The position numbers were made by a program, and so were the translations under genes. 64,000 bases of DNA from Candidatus Eiseniibacteriota bacterium (GTDB taxonomy: Bacteria > Eisenbacteria > RBG-16-71-46 > CAIMUX01 > VGJL01): positions 32,001 to 96,000 of the forward strand of contig JBHGAY010000018.1 in assembly GCA_041946735.1 (NCBI GenBank), in the 5' to 3' direction. The notes beneath the pieces are model-generated. The model saw nothing but the letters and a program-made list of their open reading frames with translations, ran no database searches and had not been told where the DNA came from. Numbering within the stretch: position 1 is the first letter of the stretch; every line of letters begins with the position of its first letter. Shown here piece by piece: positions 19,432-31,268 of the stretch.

Positions 19432-21702
19432 TCAGTCCTCCTGTGGCCGGGCCGCCATCTCCGTCTCGAGCATCTCGACGTGGCGACACTCGCGGCGCGG
19501 GCACTGCAGGTGGAATCCCTTCGCCTTCGTCACCTTCTCGACCATCAGCGGGTGGCCGCAGGCCGGGCAGGGCCGGGCGACGGGGCGATCCCACACCGCG
19601 TAGTTGCACTTCGGATACTGATCGCAGGCGAAGAAGAGCCGCCCGCGCTTGCGCCCGCGCTTCTCGACGAGCATGCCCGGGCACCCTTCGTTGGGGCACG
19701 GGACGCCGGTCGAGACCGAGGCGGTCGTACGGCACTCCGGGTAGTTCTGGCAGGCGACGAAGCGGCCGAACCGGCCGGTCCGCATCACCATCGGCGCTCC
19801 GCACTTCGGGCAGCTGTCCCCGGTCGGGACCGGGATCTCTTCTTCCTTGAGCGGCTTGGTGAACTTGCACTCCGGATAGCGAGGGCACGCGAGGAACGGG
19901 CCGTTGCGCCCGAACTTCTTCACGAGCTTCGAGCCGCACAGCTCGCACTCCTGGTCGCTCTCCTCCTGGACCGCGCTCTTCAGCTCCTCGCGCCGCGACT
20001 CCGCCGACGTGAGGTCCTTGCGGAACGGATCGTAGAAGGAGCGAACCACCTCGCCCCACGGATCCTCTCCCGTCTCGACCTTGTCGAGCTCCTCCTCCAT
20101 CCGGGCCGTGAAGTCGACGTCGAAGACGTCCGGAAAGACCTGGACGAGCAGGCGCGTCACGGTTCGGCCGAGATCGGTCGGCTTGAAGCGTCCCTTCTCC
20201 TTGTGGACGTACTCGCGCTTGGAGATCGTCGCGACGATCGTCGCATAGGTCGACGGGCGGCCGATCCCGCGCTCCTCGAGAGCCTTGACGAGCGACGCCT
20301 CCGTATAGCGGGGCGGCGGCTGCGTGAAATGCTGCTCCGGGATGGAGGAGCGATAGCCGAGCGGCTGTCCCGCCTCGACCGCCGGAAGCTTGCCGCCTTC
20401 TTCGTCCGGCCCGAGCTTCTCGGCGTCCTCGTCGGGACGGTCCTCGTACACCTTCGTGAAGCCGTCGAAGACCGGGCGGCTGCCGGTCGCGCGCAGCAGG
20501 AACCGGCCCGCTTCAACGTCGATCGTCGTGACCTCGCTCACCGCGGGGTTCATCTGCGAGGCGACGAAACGGTTCCAGATCAGCGTGTAGAGGCGAAGCT
20601 GTTCGCTCGTCAGGTACTTCTTGAGCGACGCCGGGGTGCGCGTGACCGAAGTCGGACGGATCGCCTCGTGCGCCTCCTGCGCGCGCGCCCGCACCGCATA
20701 GGTCGGCGGCGCGTCCGGCAGGTATTCCTTGCCGTAGGCGCGCTCGATGTACGCGCGCGCCTGCTCCTGCGCCTCCCTGCTCGTTCGGGTGGAGTCTGTG
20801 CGCATGTAGGTGATGAGACCCACCACCCCTTCGTCTCCGATCTCGATCCCCTCGTACAGCTCCTGAGCGACCGACATCGTCTTCTTGGCCGGGAAGTGCA
20901 GCCGGCGATACCCCTCCTGCTGGAGGGTCGAGGTGATGAACGGAGCGAACGGATTGCGGCGCCGCGGCTGCGTCTTGACCTCGGCGACCCGGAATGCCGC
21001 CTTCTCCAGCTCCCGCAGCAGGGCATCGACCGCCTCACGGCTCGGCAGCGACGGCTTCTCGCCGTCGACCTTGACGAGCCGCACGCGCAACGACTCCTTC
21101 TGCAGCGTCGCGAGCAGGACGTCGAGCGTCCAGTATTCCTGCGAGCGGAACGCCTCGATCTCGTCCTCGCGATCGCAGATCAGCCGCAGCGCGACCGACT
21201 GCACGCGTCCCGCCGAGAGGCCGTAGCGGATCGTCGTCCAGAGGAACGGCGAAACGAGATAGCCGACCAGACGATCCATCACGCGGCGCGCCTGCTGCGC
21301 GTCCACCAGGTTCTGGTCGATCGGTCTCGGGTGCGCCAGCGCCGCCTGCACCGCGCTCTTCGTGATCTCGTGGAACTCGAGCCGCTCGATCGGCTTCTTG
21401 CCGTTCCCCAGGTAGTCGGCCAGGTGCCAGGCGATCGCCTCTCCCTCCCGATCGGGGTCCGGGGCAAGCAGGATCCGCTTCGCGCCCTTCGAGGCGTCCT
21501 TCAGCTCCTTCAGCACTTTCGCTTTCGAGCGCAGCGTCTCGTATTGGGGGGTGAATCCGTTGTCGAGGTCGACGCCGAGCCCGGACTTCGGGAGGTCCCG
21601 GATGTGCCCCATCGAGGCGAGGACCTTGAAGTCCTTGCCCAGGAAGGTCGAGATCGCCCGCGCCTTGGTCGGGGATTCGACGATGATCAGAGAGCCAGCC
21701 AT
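19432..21702 (-). CDS. topA: DNA topoisomerase I with C-terminal zinc ribbons
   Basis: IVESPTK, DPDREGE, SAGRVQ, ITYMRTD, GIGRPSTY and C4 zinc ribbons. Confidence 0.97.
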   Translation of the reverse strand: MAGSLIIVESPTKARAISTFLGKDFKVLASMGHIRDLPKSGLGVDLDNGFTPQYETLRSKAKVLKELKDASKGAKRILLAPDPDREGEAIAWHLADYLGNGKKPIERLEFHEITKSAVQAALAHPRPIDQNLVDAQQARRVMDRLVGYLVSPFLWTTIRYGLSAGRVQSVALRLICDREDEIEAFRSQEYWTLDVLLATLQKESLRVRLVKVDGEKPSLPSREAVDALLRELEKAAFRVAEVKTQPRRRNPFAPFITSTLQQEGYRRLHFPAKKTMSVAQELYEGIEIGDEGVVGLITYMRTDSTRTSREAQEQARAYIERAYGKEYLPDAPPTYAVRARAQEAHEAIRPTSVTRTPASLKKYLTSEQLRLYTLIWNRFVASQMNPAVSEVTTIDVEAGRFLLRATGSRPVFDGFTKVYEDRPDEDAEKLGPDEEGGKLPAVEAGQPLGYRSSIPEQHFTQPPPRYTEASLVKALEERGIGRPSTYATIVATISKREYVHKEKGRFKPTDLGRTVTRLLVQVFPDVFDVDFTARMEEELDKVETGEDPWGEVVRSFYDPFRKDLTSAESRREELKSAVQEESDQECELCGSKLVKKFGRNGPFLACPRYPECKFTKPLKEEEIPVPTGDSCPKCGAPMVMRTGRFGRFVACQNYPECRTTASVSTGVPCPNEGCPGMLVEKRGRKRGRLFFACDQYPKCNYAVWDRPVARPCPACGHPLMVEKVTKAKGFHLQCPRRECRHVEMLETEMAARPQED

Positions 21703-21730
21703 CGGATCGAAAAGACCTCCTGCCTTGAGG

Positions 21731-24700
21731 CTATTCGGTCGCCCCGCAGCACTTCTTGTACTTCTTGCCGCTACCGCACGGACACGGATCGTTGCGGCCC
21801 ACTTTCGGTCCCCTGCGCACCGCCGGAGCGGCTACCGGACCCGAGGCGAGAGGCGCGGCGACAGAGCCGCCACCCCCACCGCCACCGTCCGGTTGGGCTT
21901 CCGCGCCGCCTCCCCCGAAGGACGAGACGCTCGCATGCACCGACTGCGTCGCGCCCGCCACCACCCGCCGCCTCTCCGGGATCCCCCCGGCGAGAACCGG
22001 CTCCCGAGCGGGGGCCGTGCCGCGCGAAGCGGCCGCCTGGTGCCGGGCGGCGATGGCCGCCGCTGCCTGCTGCTCCTGGGCTTGGGCTTGCGCCTGCGCC
22101 TGCGCGACCGGCATCGGGACGACCCGGAAGAGCAGCTTCACCGTCTCCTGCTCGATGCTCGTCATCATCTCTTCGAACATCCGGAACGCCTCGCCCTTGT
22201 ACTCGAGCAGCGGATCCTTCTGGGCGTAGGAGCGGAGGTAGATGCCCTCCCGCATGATGTCGATCTCGTGGAGATGGTCGCGCCACTTCTCGTCGATGAT
22301 GGCAAGCAGGACCCGGCGCTCCACCTCGCGCATCTGCGGCCCGAACATCGCCTCCCGATCGGCGTACGCCTCGCGAACCGCGTCGAGGCAGCGCTGCCGG
22401 ACCTCGTCGCGCCCCGGAGTCTGCATCTTCGTCAGAGGGACGGACGCGAGGAGCATCGCTTCCATCTCTCCCTGCAGCGCCTCGAGGTCCCAGTCCTCCG
22501 GCTTCGATCCCTCGGGGACCAGCCGTGACATCTTCTCGTCGATCAGGCTTTCGATCATCTCGAGGACGCGGCTCTGGATGTCGTGCCCGTCGAGCACCTC
22601 GTTGCGGAGGCCGTAGATCACCTCACGCTGCCGGTTCATCACGTCGTCGTATTCGAGCAGCCGCTTGCGGATGCCGAAGTTCTGCGCCTCGACCCGCTTC
22701 TGCGCCCGCTCGATCGAGCGCGTGACGAGAGGATGGGTGATCACCTCGCCTTCCTCGACTCCGAGCCGGTTCATGATCCCGGCGATCCGGTCGCTCCCGA
22801 AGAGGCGCATCAGGTCGTCCTCGAGCGACAGGAAGAACCGGCTCATTCCCGGATCCCCCTGGCGCCCGGAGCGCCCGCGCAGCTGACGGTCGATGCGACG
22901 GCTCTCGTGCCGTTCGGTCCCGATGATGACGAGACCGCACGGCATCATGTCGCGGCAGGCGGCGACCGACTTCGTCGCCTGGCAGTCGCCCACCCCGCCC
23001 GCCGAGTTGACGAGGCACTTGCGTCCCTTCACGACCCCCGGGCCGAGCTTGATGTCGGTGCCGCGGCCGGCCATGTTCGTGGCGATCGTGACGGCGCCGG
23101 GCTGCCCGGCCTTGGCGACGATCTCCGCTTCCTGCTGGTGGTACTTCGCGTTGAGAACGTGATGGGAGATCCCCTTGCGCTTGAGCATTCGCGAGAGGGT
23201 CTCGCTCACCTCGACCGACACCGTACCGACCAGCACCGGCAGGCCGAGCAGGTGCACGCGCTCGATCTCGTCGATGATCGCGTTGTACTTCTCGCGCCTC
23301 GTCCGGAAGATCCAGTCGTCGTAGTCGACGCGCCGCACCGCCTCGTTCGTTGGAATGACGACGACGTCGAGCTTGTAGATCTGGAAGAACTCGCCCGCCT
23401 CCGTCTCGGCGGTTCCGGTCATTCCGGCGAGCTTCTCGTAGAGGCGGAAGTAGTTCTGCAGCGTGATCGTCGCGAGGGTCTGGTTCTCCCCCTCGATCTT
23501 CACGCGCTCCTTCGCCTCGATCGCCTGGTGGAGGCCGTCCGAGTAGCGGCGCCCCGGCATCAAGCGGCCGGTGAACTCGTCGACGATCAGGACCTTCCCG
23601 TCCTGGACGACGTACTCCACGTCCTTCTCGAATAGGCAGTAGGCGCGCAACAGCTGCGTCACGTTTGCGAGCTGCTCGCTCTTGCGGGCGTACTCGCGGT
23701 GGAGCTTCTCCTTCGCCTCCGCCTTGTCGCGCGGGGTGAGGTCGTCGCGCCGCTCGATCCGCCCGACCTGCTCGGAAAGATCGGGAAGCACGAAGAGGTC
23801 GGGATCGTCGGGCGGGGCGAGCTTGTCGTTGCCGATGTCGGAGGTCGCGATCGTGTGCCCTCGCTCGTCGACGTAGAAGAGGAGATCCTCGTCGAGCTCG
23901 TGGAGGCGCTTGTCGCGCATGTAGTCGGTCTCGACCTGCTGGATCAGCTTCTTCAGGTCCCCCTCACTGATCAGCTTGAGGAACTTCTTGTTCTTCGGCG
24001 CGCCGCGCTGCACCTGGAGCAGCCGGATGCCGGCGCGATAGCGGGAGTCGGCATCGCCGCGAGCGAGCAGCTCCTGCGCTTCCTCGAGGAAGCGGTTGAC
24101 CAGGACGTTCTGCTCCCGGACGAGGTTCTCGACGAGGGGGCGGAGCCGGTCGAACTGCTGATTCGAGCCGACCACCGGGCCGGAGATGATGAGCGGTGTC
24201 CGCGCCTCGTCGATCAGGACCGAGTCGACCTCGTCGACGATCGCGTAGTGATGGCCGCGCTGCACCCGCTCATCCGCCTGGACGACCATGTTGTCGCGCA
24301 GGTAATCGAAGCCGAACTCGTTGTTCGTTCCGTAGGTGACGTCGCAGCGGTAGGCCTCGCGGCGCGTCGCGTTGTCCATGTCGTGGAAGACGCACCCGAC
24401 GGTGAGCCCCAGGTCTTTCAGGATCTGTCCGACCCATTCGGAGTCACGGCGCGCCAGGTAGTCGTTGACCGTGATGAGGTGGCACCCCTTGCCGCTCAAC
24501 GCGTTGAGATAGAGCGGCAGGATCGCGACGAGGGTCTTCCCTTCTCCGGTCGCCATCTCCGCGATCTTCCCCTGGTGCAGGACGATCCCACCGATCAACT
24601 GCACGTCGTAGGGGACCATCTCCCACCGGATCTCCTGCCCGACGACCAGCCAGCTCTTTCCCACCCGCCGGCGGCAGGCGTCCTTCACGACGGCGAACGC

Positions 24701-24919
24701 CTCCGGGAGGAGATCGTCGGTCGTCGCCCCCGACGCGATTCGCGCCCGGAACTCGTCGGTCTTGGCGCGCAGTTGTTCGTCGGTCAGGGAGGCGAGCTTC
24801 GCGTACTCTTCGTTGATCCTTCGGACGAGAGGGTAGAGCTGTTTGAGGTCCCGCTCCGATTTCGTGCCGAAGACCCGGGTGACCGCACGGTTCCCGGTAT
24901 TCTTCAATGCTGCCCACAT
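21731..24919 (-). CDS. secA: Preprotein translocase subunit SecA
   Basis: [34 protein letters not shown] and C-terminal [22 protein letters not shown]. Confidence 0.98.
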   Translation of the reverse strand: MWAALKNTGNRAVTRVFGTKSERDLKQLYPLVRRINEEYAKLASLTDEQLRAKTDEFRARIASGATTDDLLPEAFAVVKDACRRRVGKSWLVVGQEIRWEMVPYDVQLIGGIVLHQGKIAEMATGEGKTLVAILPLYLNALSGKGCHLITVNDYLARRDSEWVGQILKDLGLTVGCVFHDMDNATRREAYRCDVTYGTNNEFGFDYLRDNMVVQADERVQRGHHYAIVDEVDSVLIDEARTPLIISGPVVGSNQQFDRLRPLVENLVREQNVLVNRFLEEAQELLARGDADSRYRAGIRLLQVQRGAPKNKKFLKLISEGDLKKLIQQVETDYMRDKRLHELDEDLLFYVDERGHTIATSDIGNDKLAPPDDPDLFVLPDLSEQVGRIERRDDLTPRDKAEAKEKLHREYARKSEQLANVTQLLRAYCLFEKDVEYVVQDGKVLIVDEFTGRLMPGRRYSDGLHQAIEAKERVKIEGENQTLATITLQNYFRLYEKLAGMTGTAETEAGEFFQIYKLDVVVIPTNEAVRRVDYDDWIFRTRREKYNAIIDEIERVHLLGLPVLVGTVSVEVSETLSRMLKRKGISHHVLNAKYHQQEAEIVAKAGQPGAVTIATNMAGRGTDIKLGPGVVKGRKCLVNSAGGVGDCQATKSVAACRDMMPCGLVIIGTERHESRRIDRQLRGRSGRQGDPGMSRFFLSLEDDLMRLFGSDRIAGIMNRLGVEEGEVITHPLVTRSIERAQKRVEAQNFGIRKRLLEYDDVMNRQREVIYGLRNEVLDGHDIQSRVLEMIESLIDEKMSRLVPEGSKPEDWDLEALQGEMEAMLLASVPLTKMQTPGRDEVRQRCLDAVREAYADREAMFGPQMREVERRVLLAIIDEKWRDHLHEIDIMREGIYLRSYAQKDPLLEYKGEAFRMFEEMMTSIEQETVKLLFRVVPMPVAQAQAQAQAQEQQAAAAIAARHQAAASRGTAPAREPVLAGGIPERRRVVAGATQSVHASVSSFGGGGAEAQPDGGGGGGGSVAAPLASGPVAAPAVRRGPKVGRNDPCPCGSGKKYKKCCGATE

Positions 24920-25078
24920 CTTCTTTCTCGATCCTCCTGTCGGATCCCGGACTGGAAGGGTATTCCGGGAAAATCACAGCCCCGAACCCCTGACGGGTCC
25001 GGGGCGATCCGCATCCCGCGCGGAGTGTTCGTGCCCTTTACACCGGCACTGTGGCGACGGTTGCACGAGGTTCGCGGC

Positions 25079-25107
25079 ATTCTAGGCACCCTCCGGAGGA
25101 CCGTCAA
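25079..25107 (-). promoter_or_regulatory. Sigma-70 promoter of the secA operon
   Basis: TTGACG-17 nt-TAGAAT. Confidence 0.7.
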
Positions 25108-25153
25108 GCCGGCTCCAGCGCCCCTTTCCGCGAACCTGGCCCGTTCCCGCCGC

Positions 25154-25726
25154 TCACCGTAGCAGCGTCATGGCGAAGCCGGCGCTGAGGGAGATCCTCA
25201 TATTGTCGTCGAGTGGGATCGGCACGAGCTCGAAGATCGTCGCCGCCGCAGCCCCACCGACCATCATACGCCAGGTGAACGGGTCCCCCGGATACAGGAC
25301 CGCGAGCGCGAGGCAGGAAAGGAAGCAGGCGAGGGATCCTTCCAAGGTCTTGCCGAAGATGCGGATACGGCCGATCCGGCGCCCGACGATCGCCGCCATG
25401 CCGTCGCCGACCGCGAGGAAGGCCATGGCCACGATCGCGATCGGGCGCTCGAAAGCCCAGGCGCAGAGCAGCCCCGCGATGAGGACGTAGGTCGATCCGA
25501 GCAGGTTGTGGCGCTCGTGCTCCCGCACGATCTTTCCAAAGAGGTAGTAGAAGACCGTCCGGACGCGGGGCTCGTTGAGGCGGATCACGTCGAGGACGAG
25601 GGCGACGAGGGTGAGGTAGAGGAGCAGCTCCTTGCCGATCCTCTCGGGAATCAGGTAGTAACCGATCGGGACGACCATCCCGGTGAGGTGGAACGCCTTG
25701 CGGCGCAGCTCCGAGAGCCATCTCAT
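25154..25726 (-). CDS. CTP-dependent polyprenol/phytol/dolichol kinase family membrane protein
   Basis: ELRRKAFH, REHE, AVGDGMAAIVGRRIG, KTLEGS and DDN motifs; ATG overlaps the slt stop. Confidence 0.82.
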   Translation of the reverse strand: MRWLSELRRKAFHLTGMVVPIGYYLIPERIGKELLLYLTLVALVLDVIRLNEPRVRTVFYYLFGKIVREHERHNLLGSTYVLIAGLLCAWAFERPIAIVAMAFLAVGDGMAAIVGRRIGRIRIFGKTLEGSLACFLSCLALAVLYPGDPFTWRMMVGGAAAATIFELVPIPLDDNMRISLSAGFAMTLLR

Positions 25727-28074
25727 CCCTGCGGCTCCGCTGTCCCGCCGCCCTGCTCCCCCCCGCTGCGGCCGTAGGCGTTTCTGTATGTCCAGACCGC
25801 GTCGAGCACGTGCCGGACGTACTCGCGTGTCTCCCTCCATCCGATCCGCTCGATCAGCAGGTCCGGGTCGTCGCCGAACCGCTCGACCCATTCCGAGGCT
25901 TTCGCCGATCCGGCGTTGTATGCGGCGAGCAGGGCGGGAAGCGGCCAGTCCTGCCCGTCGGCAAGGTCCCGGAAGTGGCGGATCCCGAGGGCCAGGTTGC
26001 GGTCGGCCCGCTCGAGCGGACCTGCCTCGATCCCCCACTTCGACGCGGTCTCCTGCGCGGTCGGCGCCATCATCTGAAGCAGTCCCCGGGCGCCGGCGCC
26101 GCTGACCGCGCCCGGATCGAAGAGCGACTCGCGTCGCGCAATCGCCCAGACCAGATCCGGGGAGACGGAAACCTCCCGGCAACGCTGCTCGATCCATGAC
26201 GGAAAGGGCCGTGGATAGCGGAGCGAGACGGGCGCGGCCGCGCCCCGCGCCACGGCGACACGGACCGCCAGGTCGGGCAGCCCGAGGCATAGAAACGCCT
26301 CGGCGCGGCCGCCGACGGGGAGCGCCGACTCGAGCCGCTCTTGATCGGGCGACGTCCAGTCCGCGCGTCCGAAGCGTCGCAGGAGGCGCAGGCGTGCGGC
26401 ACGCCGGGCGGCCTCCCGGTCCAGCCGATCGCAGGGACCGGCGGGAGACCCCGCGCTCGGGGACCCCGGATCGAGGAGAGCCGCTTCCGCGACCCGAGCG
26501 GGACGGAGCGCCGCTTCGCGTTCCAGCGGCCAGAAGCGATCGGGCGGGAGGGAGCGAGCGAGGAGGTCCTGCTCCGCGCGGGCGCGGTGGGCGTAGTACC
26601 CCTCCCCGGACGTCGCGGCCGCGGCGAGGGATGCTTTCGCCGCATCGAGGTCGCCGCGCCGGGACTCGAGGCGGTAGCACCAGAATCGAGCGGCGGCCAC
26701 GTCGCCGGCCGTCGCGCCGACGGCGGCCGCGGCCGCCCGGAAGTCCCCGAGCGCAGCCGCCTCATCGCCGGCGGCGTAGCGCGCAATCGCCCGGCGCAGG
26801 CGCCCCTCGACCTCCGATCCCGGCAGGGCGAGCAGAGCGGTGTAGACCGAGTCGGCGCGCGCGTCGCGCCGTGCCGACTCCGCCTCTCTCCCCCACTCCA
26901 CCAGCGCCGTGCGCCGCGTCTCGCCGCCGAGCCGGGCCGCCGCCCGGTACGCGCGCTCCATGGCGTCCCACTCGCCGGAGTTGCGCGCGGCGCGAGCCCG
27001 CACGAGGAGCCAACGCGCGCGGAGCGCCTCCGGCCAGCCGGCGTCCGGGCGCATCGGGTCGGAGAGGATCGCCTCGTACTGCCTCCCCTTCAGGAGCGCC
27101 TCCAGCCAGGCGACGCGCAGAGAGTCGGGGGAGGAAGGCATGCGGGAGAGGAGGCTGTCGGCCGTTCCGAAGAGCCGATGCTCCAGGAAGACGGGAAACA
27201 GGAGCGTCCCTTCACGGCGCGCGGCGAGAGCGGGGGCCTCGCGGAAGCGCCGGAGCGCTTCGAGGCGCGCCGTGCGCGTCCCCGGATAGCGCCGGAGGAG
27301 CGTGTCGGCGGTCGCCCGCGCGGCGGCCGGCCGCCCGAGCGCGAGGAGCGCGCGCACGCGCGCCGCCGTCTCGTCCGCGCCGGGGCCGAGCGTGCGGCGC
27401 ATCGCCAGGCTCTCGCGCAGCAGGCCCTCGGAATCCTTCGCATGCTCCCGGGCGGCGAGAACCCGGCGGGCTGCGGGCATCGTCCATTCCGCGCGCGGAT
27501 AGGAGGCGCGGATCGACTCCGCGATCGCCAGCGCGCCGGCCGAGTCGCCGAGAGCGTCGTGGATCTCGAGGGTCAGGAGGGCTCGGGGCCGCGTCTCCTC
27601 GTCGTTGGGCCGTCCCGACGCGAGCCATTCGAGCGCGCGGTCCCCGCGTCCCTGCTCGTGAAGAGCGAGCGCGGCGGCCAGCGGGAGATCGCCGTCCGGA
27701 TCGGCGGCCGCCCATTCCGACGGCGCATAGCGAGCGAACGACTCGATCGCCCCGGAGGGCGGGAAGCAGAGCAGCAGCCGGATCCAGGAGACCAGCCGCG
27801 CGTCCGCCTCCCCCGGAGGCGAGGGAAGATCTTCGGCCGCGAGCGTCCCGGCCAGGACGACGAGAAGGGAGTCCTGGGCGCGCATGGCGGCTACCGAGGC
27901 GATCTCGGGAGTCGCCTCCGGGAAGATCGGGTCGGCCGCGAAGCCGGGCCACGCGGAGCCGCCGCAGCCTTGCGGAACGCCGAGCAGGAGTCCGCCGAGG
28001 AGGACGGCCAGGCCGAGGAGGGAATCGGCGCGGCCCGCCCGGCGGCGCCGCGGCTCCGGCGCCCGCGCGTTCAC
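25723..28074 (-). CDS. Soluble lytic transglycosylase (Slt70-like: TPR-like repeats plus SLT domain)
   Basis: IARRES (catalytic Glu), [24 protein letters not shown] start overlaps the guaA stop. Confidence 0.85.
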   Translation of the reverse strand: MNARAPEPRRRRAGRADSLLGLAVLLGGLLLGVPQGCGGSAWPGFAADPIFPEATPEIASVAAMRAQDSLLVVLAGTLAAEDLPSPPGEADARLVSWIRLLLCFPPSGAIESFARYAPSEWAAADPDGDLPLAAALALHEQGRGDRALEWLASGRPNDEETRPRALLTLEIHDALGDSAGALAIAESIRASYPRAEWTMPAARRVLAAREHAKDSEGLLRESLAMRRTLGPGADETAARVRALLALGRPAAARATADTLLRRYPGTRTARLEALRRFREAPALAARREGTLLFPVFLEHRLFGTADSLLSRMPSSPDSLRVAWLEALLKGRQYEAILSDPMRPDAGWPEALRARWLLVRARAARNSGEWDAMERAYRAAARLGGETRRTALVEWGREAESARRDARADSVYTALLALPGSEVEGRLRRAIARYAAGDEAAALGDFRAAAAAVGATAGDVAAARFWCYRLESRRGDLDAAKASLAAAATSGEGYYAHRARAEQDLLARSLPPDRFWPLEREAALRPARVAEAALLDPGSPSAGSPAGPCDRLDREAARRAARLRLLRRFGRADWTSPDQERLESALPVGGRAEAFLCLGLPDLAVRVAVARGAAAPVSLRYPRPFPSWIEQRCREVSVSPDLVWAIARRESLFDPGAVSGAGARGLLQMMAPTAQETASKWGIEAGPLERADRNLALGIRHFRDLADGQDWPLPALLAAYNAGSAKASEWVERFGDDPDLLIERIGWRETREYVRHVLDAVWTYRNAYGRSGGEQGGGTAEPQG

Positions 28075-29591
28075 TCCCACTCGATCGTCGCGGGGGGTTT
28101 GCTCGTCACGTCGTAGACGACGCGGTTGACCCCTCGCACCTCGTTGACGATCCGGTTTGCGGCCGACTCGAGCAGGTCGCCCGGCAGGCGGGCCCAGTCC
28201 GCCGTCATTCCGTCGATCGAAGTGACGGCGCGCAGCGCGATCGCCATGTTGTAGGTGCGCTCGTCTCCCATCACGCCGACCGATTGCACCGGCAACAGGA
28301 CTGTGAACGCCTGCCATACGTCGTCGTACGAGCCGCTCCGCCGCAGCTCGTCGATGAAGATCGCGTCGGCCGCGCGCACGATCGCGAGCCTCTCCTCGGT
28401 CACCTCGCCGAGGATCCGCACGGCGAGGCCGGGACCGGGGAACGGGTGCCGTCCGATCAGCTCCTCCGGCGCGCCGAGGCGGCGGCCGACTTCGCGCACC
28501 TCGTCCTTGAACAGCTCGCGCAACGGCTCGACGAGCGCCAGGCGCATCCGCTCCGGAAGCCCGCCGACGTTATGGTGGCTCTTGATGCGCGCCGAAGGTC
28601 CGCCGGCTCCGCGCGACTCGATCACGTCGGGATAGAGGGTCCCCTGCACGAGGAAGTCGACCGTTCCGGCGCGCCGCGCGGCCTCCTCGAACACCTCGAT
28701 GAAGGTGCGGCCGATGCGCATCCGTTTCTCTTCGGGATCGACGACGCCGGCCAGCTCGTCGAGGAAGCGGCGCGAGGCGTCGACGACCTCCAGGCGCATG
28801 CCGAGCGGCGCTAGCCTCTCGGCTACCCACGACGCTTCTCCTTCCCGCAGGAGGCCGGTGTCGACGAAGATCCCGTGCAGGCGATCGCCGATCGCGCGAT
28901 GGCAGAGAAGGGCGGCTACGGTGGAGTCGACTCCTCCGCTCACGCCGCACACCACCTGCCCGTCTCCGACCTTGCGGCGGATCGCGGCGACGGCCGTCTC
29001 GACGAAGTCCCCCATGTCCCATCCCGGACGGATGCCCGCGATGCGGAAGAGGAAGTTCGAGAGGATCGTCGAACCCTGCGGGGTATGGCTGACCTCGGGG
29101 TGGAACTGCACGAGATGGATCCGCCGCGCGGCATCCTCGGCGACGGCGTGCGGGCAGGTCGCGGTGCGCGCGGAGGTGGTGAAGCCGGGAGGCGGGGTCT
29201 CGACGAGATCGCCGTGGCTCATCCAGACCTCGACCGGATCGCGCAGCCCTTCGAGCAGCGGCGTGTCGATCGTCTTCTCCAGAGTCTGCCGGCCGTACTC
29301 GCCGGTGCGCCCGCGCACGACGCGCCCGTTCATCAGGTGGCTGACGACCTGCATGCCGTAGCAGATTCCGAGGATCGGAAGCCCGGACTCGAGCAGCTCG
29401 CGGCGCGGCAGCAGCCGGCCGTCGAGCGCCGAGGCGGGGCCGCCGGAGAGGATCAACGCCTCGACCCCGCGCGCGCGCAGCGTCTCCATGTCCACGTCGA
29501 ACGGGAAGAGCTCGGCGTAGACGCCGAGCTGCCGGACGCGGCGGGCGATCAGCAGGTTGTACTGGCTTCCGAAATCGAGGATTCCGACCAA
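28071..29591 (-). CDS. guaA: GMP synthase (glutamine-hydrolysing)
   Basis: LDFGSQY, GICYGMQ, QFHPE, SGGVDS, IKSHHNV and KPPATIEWE. Confidence 0.97.
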   Translation of the reverse strand: MVGILDFGSQYNLLIARRVRQLGVYAELFPFDVDMETLRARGVEALILSGGPASALDGRLLPRRELLESGLPILGICYGMQVVSHLMNGRVVRGRTGEYGRQTLEKTIDTPLLEGLRDPVEVWMSHGDLVETPPPGFTTSARTATCPHAVAEDAARRIHLVQFHPEVSHTPQGSTILSNFLFRIAGIRPGWDMGDFVETAVAAIRRKVGDGQVVCGVSGGVDSTVAALLCHRAIGDRLHGIFVDTGLLREGEASWVAERLAPLGMRLEVVDASRRFLDELAGVVDPEEKRMRIGRTFIEVFEEAARRAGTVDFLVQGTLYPDVIESRGAGGPSARIKSHHNVGGLPERMRLALVEPLRELFKDEVREVGRRLGAPEELIGRHPFPGPGLAVRILGEVTEERLAIVRAADAIFIDELRRSGSYDDVWQAFTVLLPVQSVGVMGDERTYNMAIALRAVTSIDGMTADWARLPGDLLESAANRIVNEVRGVNRVVYDVTSKPPATIEWE

Positions 29592-29708
29592 GCTTCTCCC
29601 TTCGTTGTGGCGCGCGCCCGCCCGGGTCCGCGCCGCCCCGGGCGCCTAGGCCGTCCGCGCCGCCCAGGCCGCTCGCGCCGCCCAGGCCGCCGGCGGCGGA
29701 TCGCTGCA

Positions 29709-31268
29709 TCAACCGTGACGGAACGCGCGCGCCTCGTTGACGACCATTGCGAGACCGAGCCGGTCGGCCGCTTCGACCGATTCGGAGTCCCGCTTGGAGC
29801 CGCCCGGCTGGACGATCGCCGTCGCACCCGCCTTGGCCGCCTCCTCCACGCAATCCGGAAACGGGAAGAAGGCGTCGGACGCCATTACAGATCCGGCCGG
29901 ATCGTGCCCCTCGCGACGCGCCTTGTGCAGCGCGATCGTGACCGAATCGATGCGGCTCGTTTGCCCGCCGCCGATACCGATCGTGCGCCGGCCCTTCGCG
30001 AAGACGATCGCGTTGGAGCGGACCATCCGCACGATTCTCCAGGCGAAGGCGAGAGCCTGCCGCTCGGCTTCGGTCGGCGCGCGTCGCGTGACGACCTTCC
30101 ATCCCTCCTCGCCCAATCGCGGACGCATCCGATCCTGGACCAGGATCCCGTTGCCGAGATCGCGGAAGGAGAAGGGAGGCAGAACCGGATCGTCGAGCGG
30201 CGCGAGAAACTCCTCACCCTCGAGGAGCACCAGGTTCTTCTTCGCCGCGAGGATCGAGCGCGCTTCGGGGTCGAAGCGCGGCGCGACGACGAGCTCGAGG
30301 AATGTCTTCGCCAGCTCCTCCGCGCAGGCGCGGTCGACCGGCCGGTTCACGCCGACGACGCCGCCGAACGCCGACAGCGCGTCGCCGTCGCGAGCGTCGC
30401 GGTACGCTTCGGCGATCGAATCGGCGCACGCCGCCCCGCACGGCGTCGCGTGCTTGATGACGACGGCGCCCGGCTCCGGCATCAGGTCCCGCGCGAGCGT
30501 CGCGGCCGCCTCCATGTCCTGCAGATTGTTGAACGAGATCTCCTTGCCCTGGAGCTTGCGCATCCCGCCTGGATATCCCGCGGGGGGACCGTAGAAAGCG
30601 CCGCGCTGCGAGGGGTTCTCGCCGTAGCGGAGCGCCCACAGGCGGCGCTCTCCCCGCGCGAAGGCGTCCGGCAGGCTCTCCTTCGGCTGCAGGTAGGAGG
30701 CGACGCGCGCGTCATAGGCGGCGGTCGTCTCGAACACCTTCACGGCGAGCGCCTCGAGCAGCGGCTCGGCGAGCGATCCCCGCCCCTCGCGCAGGGCGTT
30801 CGCGACCGCGCCGTAGTCGGCCGGATCGCAGACGACGGCGACGGAGGCGTGGTTCTTCGCCGCGGCGCGCAGCATGGTCGGCCCGCCGATGTCGATCATC
30901 TCGATCGCCGCGGCGCGCGCCGACGGATCGCGGCGCGCCGTCTCCTCGAACGGATAGAGATCGATCGCGACGAGATCGATCGGGTCGATCCGGAGCGCTT
31001 CACGGTCCGCTTCGTCCTGGGGATCGCCCCGCCGGTAGAGGATCCCGCCGTGGATCGAGGGATGGAGCGTCTTCACCCGCCCGCCGAAGCGAGAGGGCAG
31101 GCCGTAGCGCTCCTCGAGCGAGACGGCGGCGAACCCGCGATCGAGGAGCCAGCGGTAGGTGCCGCCGGTCGAGAGGATCTCCGCGCCCGTGTCGCGCAGA
31201 GCCGCGGCAAGCTCGTCGAGCCCTTCCTTGTGGTAAGCGGACAGCAGCGCCCGGCGAATGCGGATCAT
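29709..31268 (-). CDS. purH: Bifunctional AICAR transformylase / IMP cyclohydrolase
   Basis: C-terminal part of ORF 29709..34649: RRALLS, GGRVKTLHP, IDIGGP, LRYGENP, KH, ASDAFFPF. ATG 31268 overlaps the purC stop. Confidence 0.95.
   Translation of the reverse strand: MIRIRRALLSAYHKEGLDELAAALRDTGAEILSTGGTYRWLLDRGFAAVSLEERYGLPSRFGGRVKTLHPSIHGGILYRRGDPQDEADREALRIDPIDLVAIDLYPFEETARRDPSARAAAIEMIDIGGPTMLRAAAKNHASVAVVCDPADYGAVANALREGRGSLAEPLLEALAVKVFETTAAYDARVASYLQPKESLPDAFARGERRLWALRYGENPSQRGAFYGPPAGYPGGMRKLQGKEISFNNLQDMEAAATLARDLMPEPGAVVIKHATPCGAACADSIAEAYRDARDGDALSAFGGVVGVNRPVDRACAEELAKTFLELVVAPRFDPEARSILAAKKNLVLLEGEEFLAPLDDPVLPPFSFRDLGNGILVQDRMRPRLGEEGWKVVTRRAPTEAERQALAFAWRIVRMVRSNAIVFAKGRRTIGIGGGQTSRIDSVTIALHKARREGHDPAGSVMASDAFFPFPDCVEEAAKAGATAIVQPGGSKRDSESVEAADRLGLAMVVNEARAFRHG

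Noticed and set aside
24904..25107. 67-aa ORF upstream of secA as a SecM-like arrest peptide; GTCAGG hairpin as SRP RNA
   Set aside because: The ORF start overlaps the promoter and it has no signal peptide; the hairpin lacks the GGAA tetraloop and AGCAG internal loop of SRP domain IV.
29592..29708. ATG just after the purH stop as a frameshifted N-terminal extension of guaA
   Set aside because: GuaA is complete from TTG 29591 with an SD, and an in-frame TAG lies upstream; the spacer is repeat-derived.
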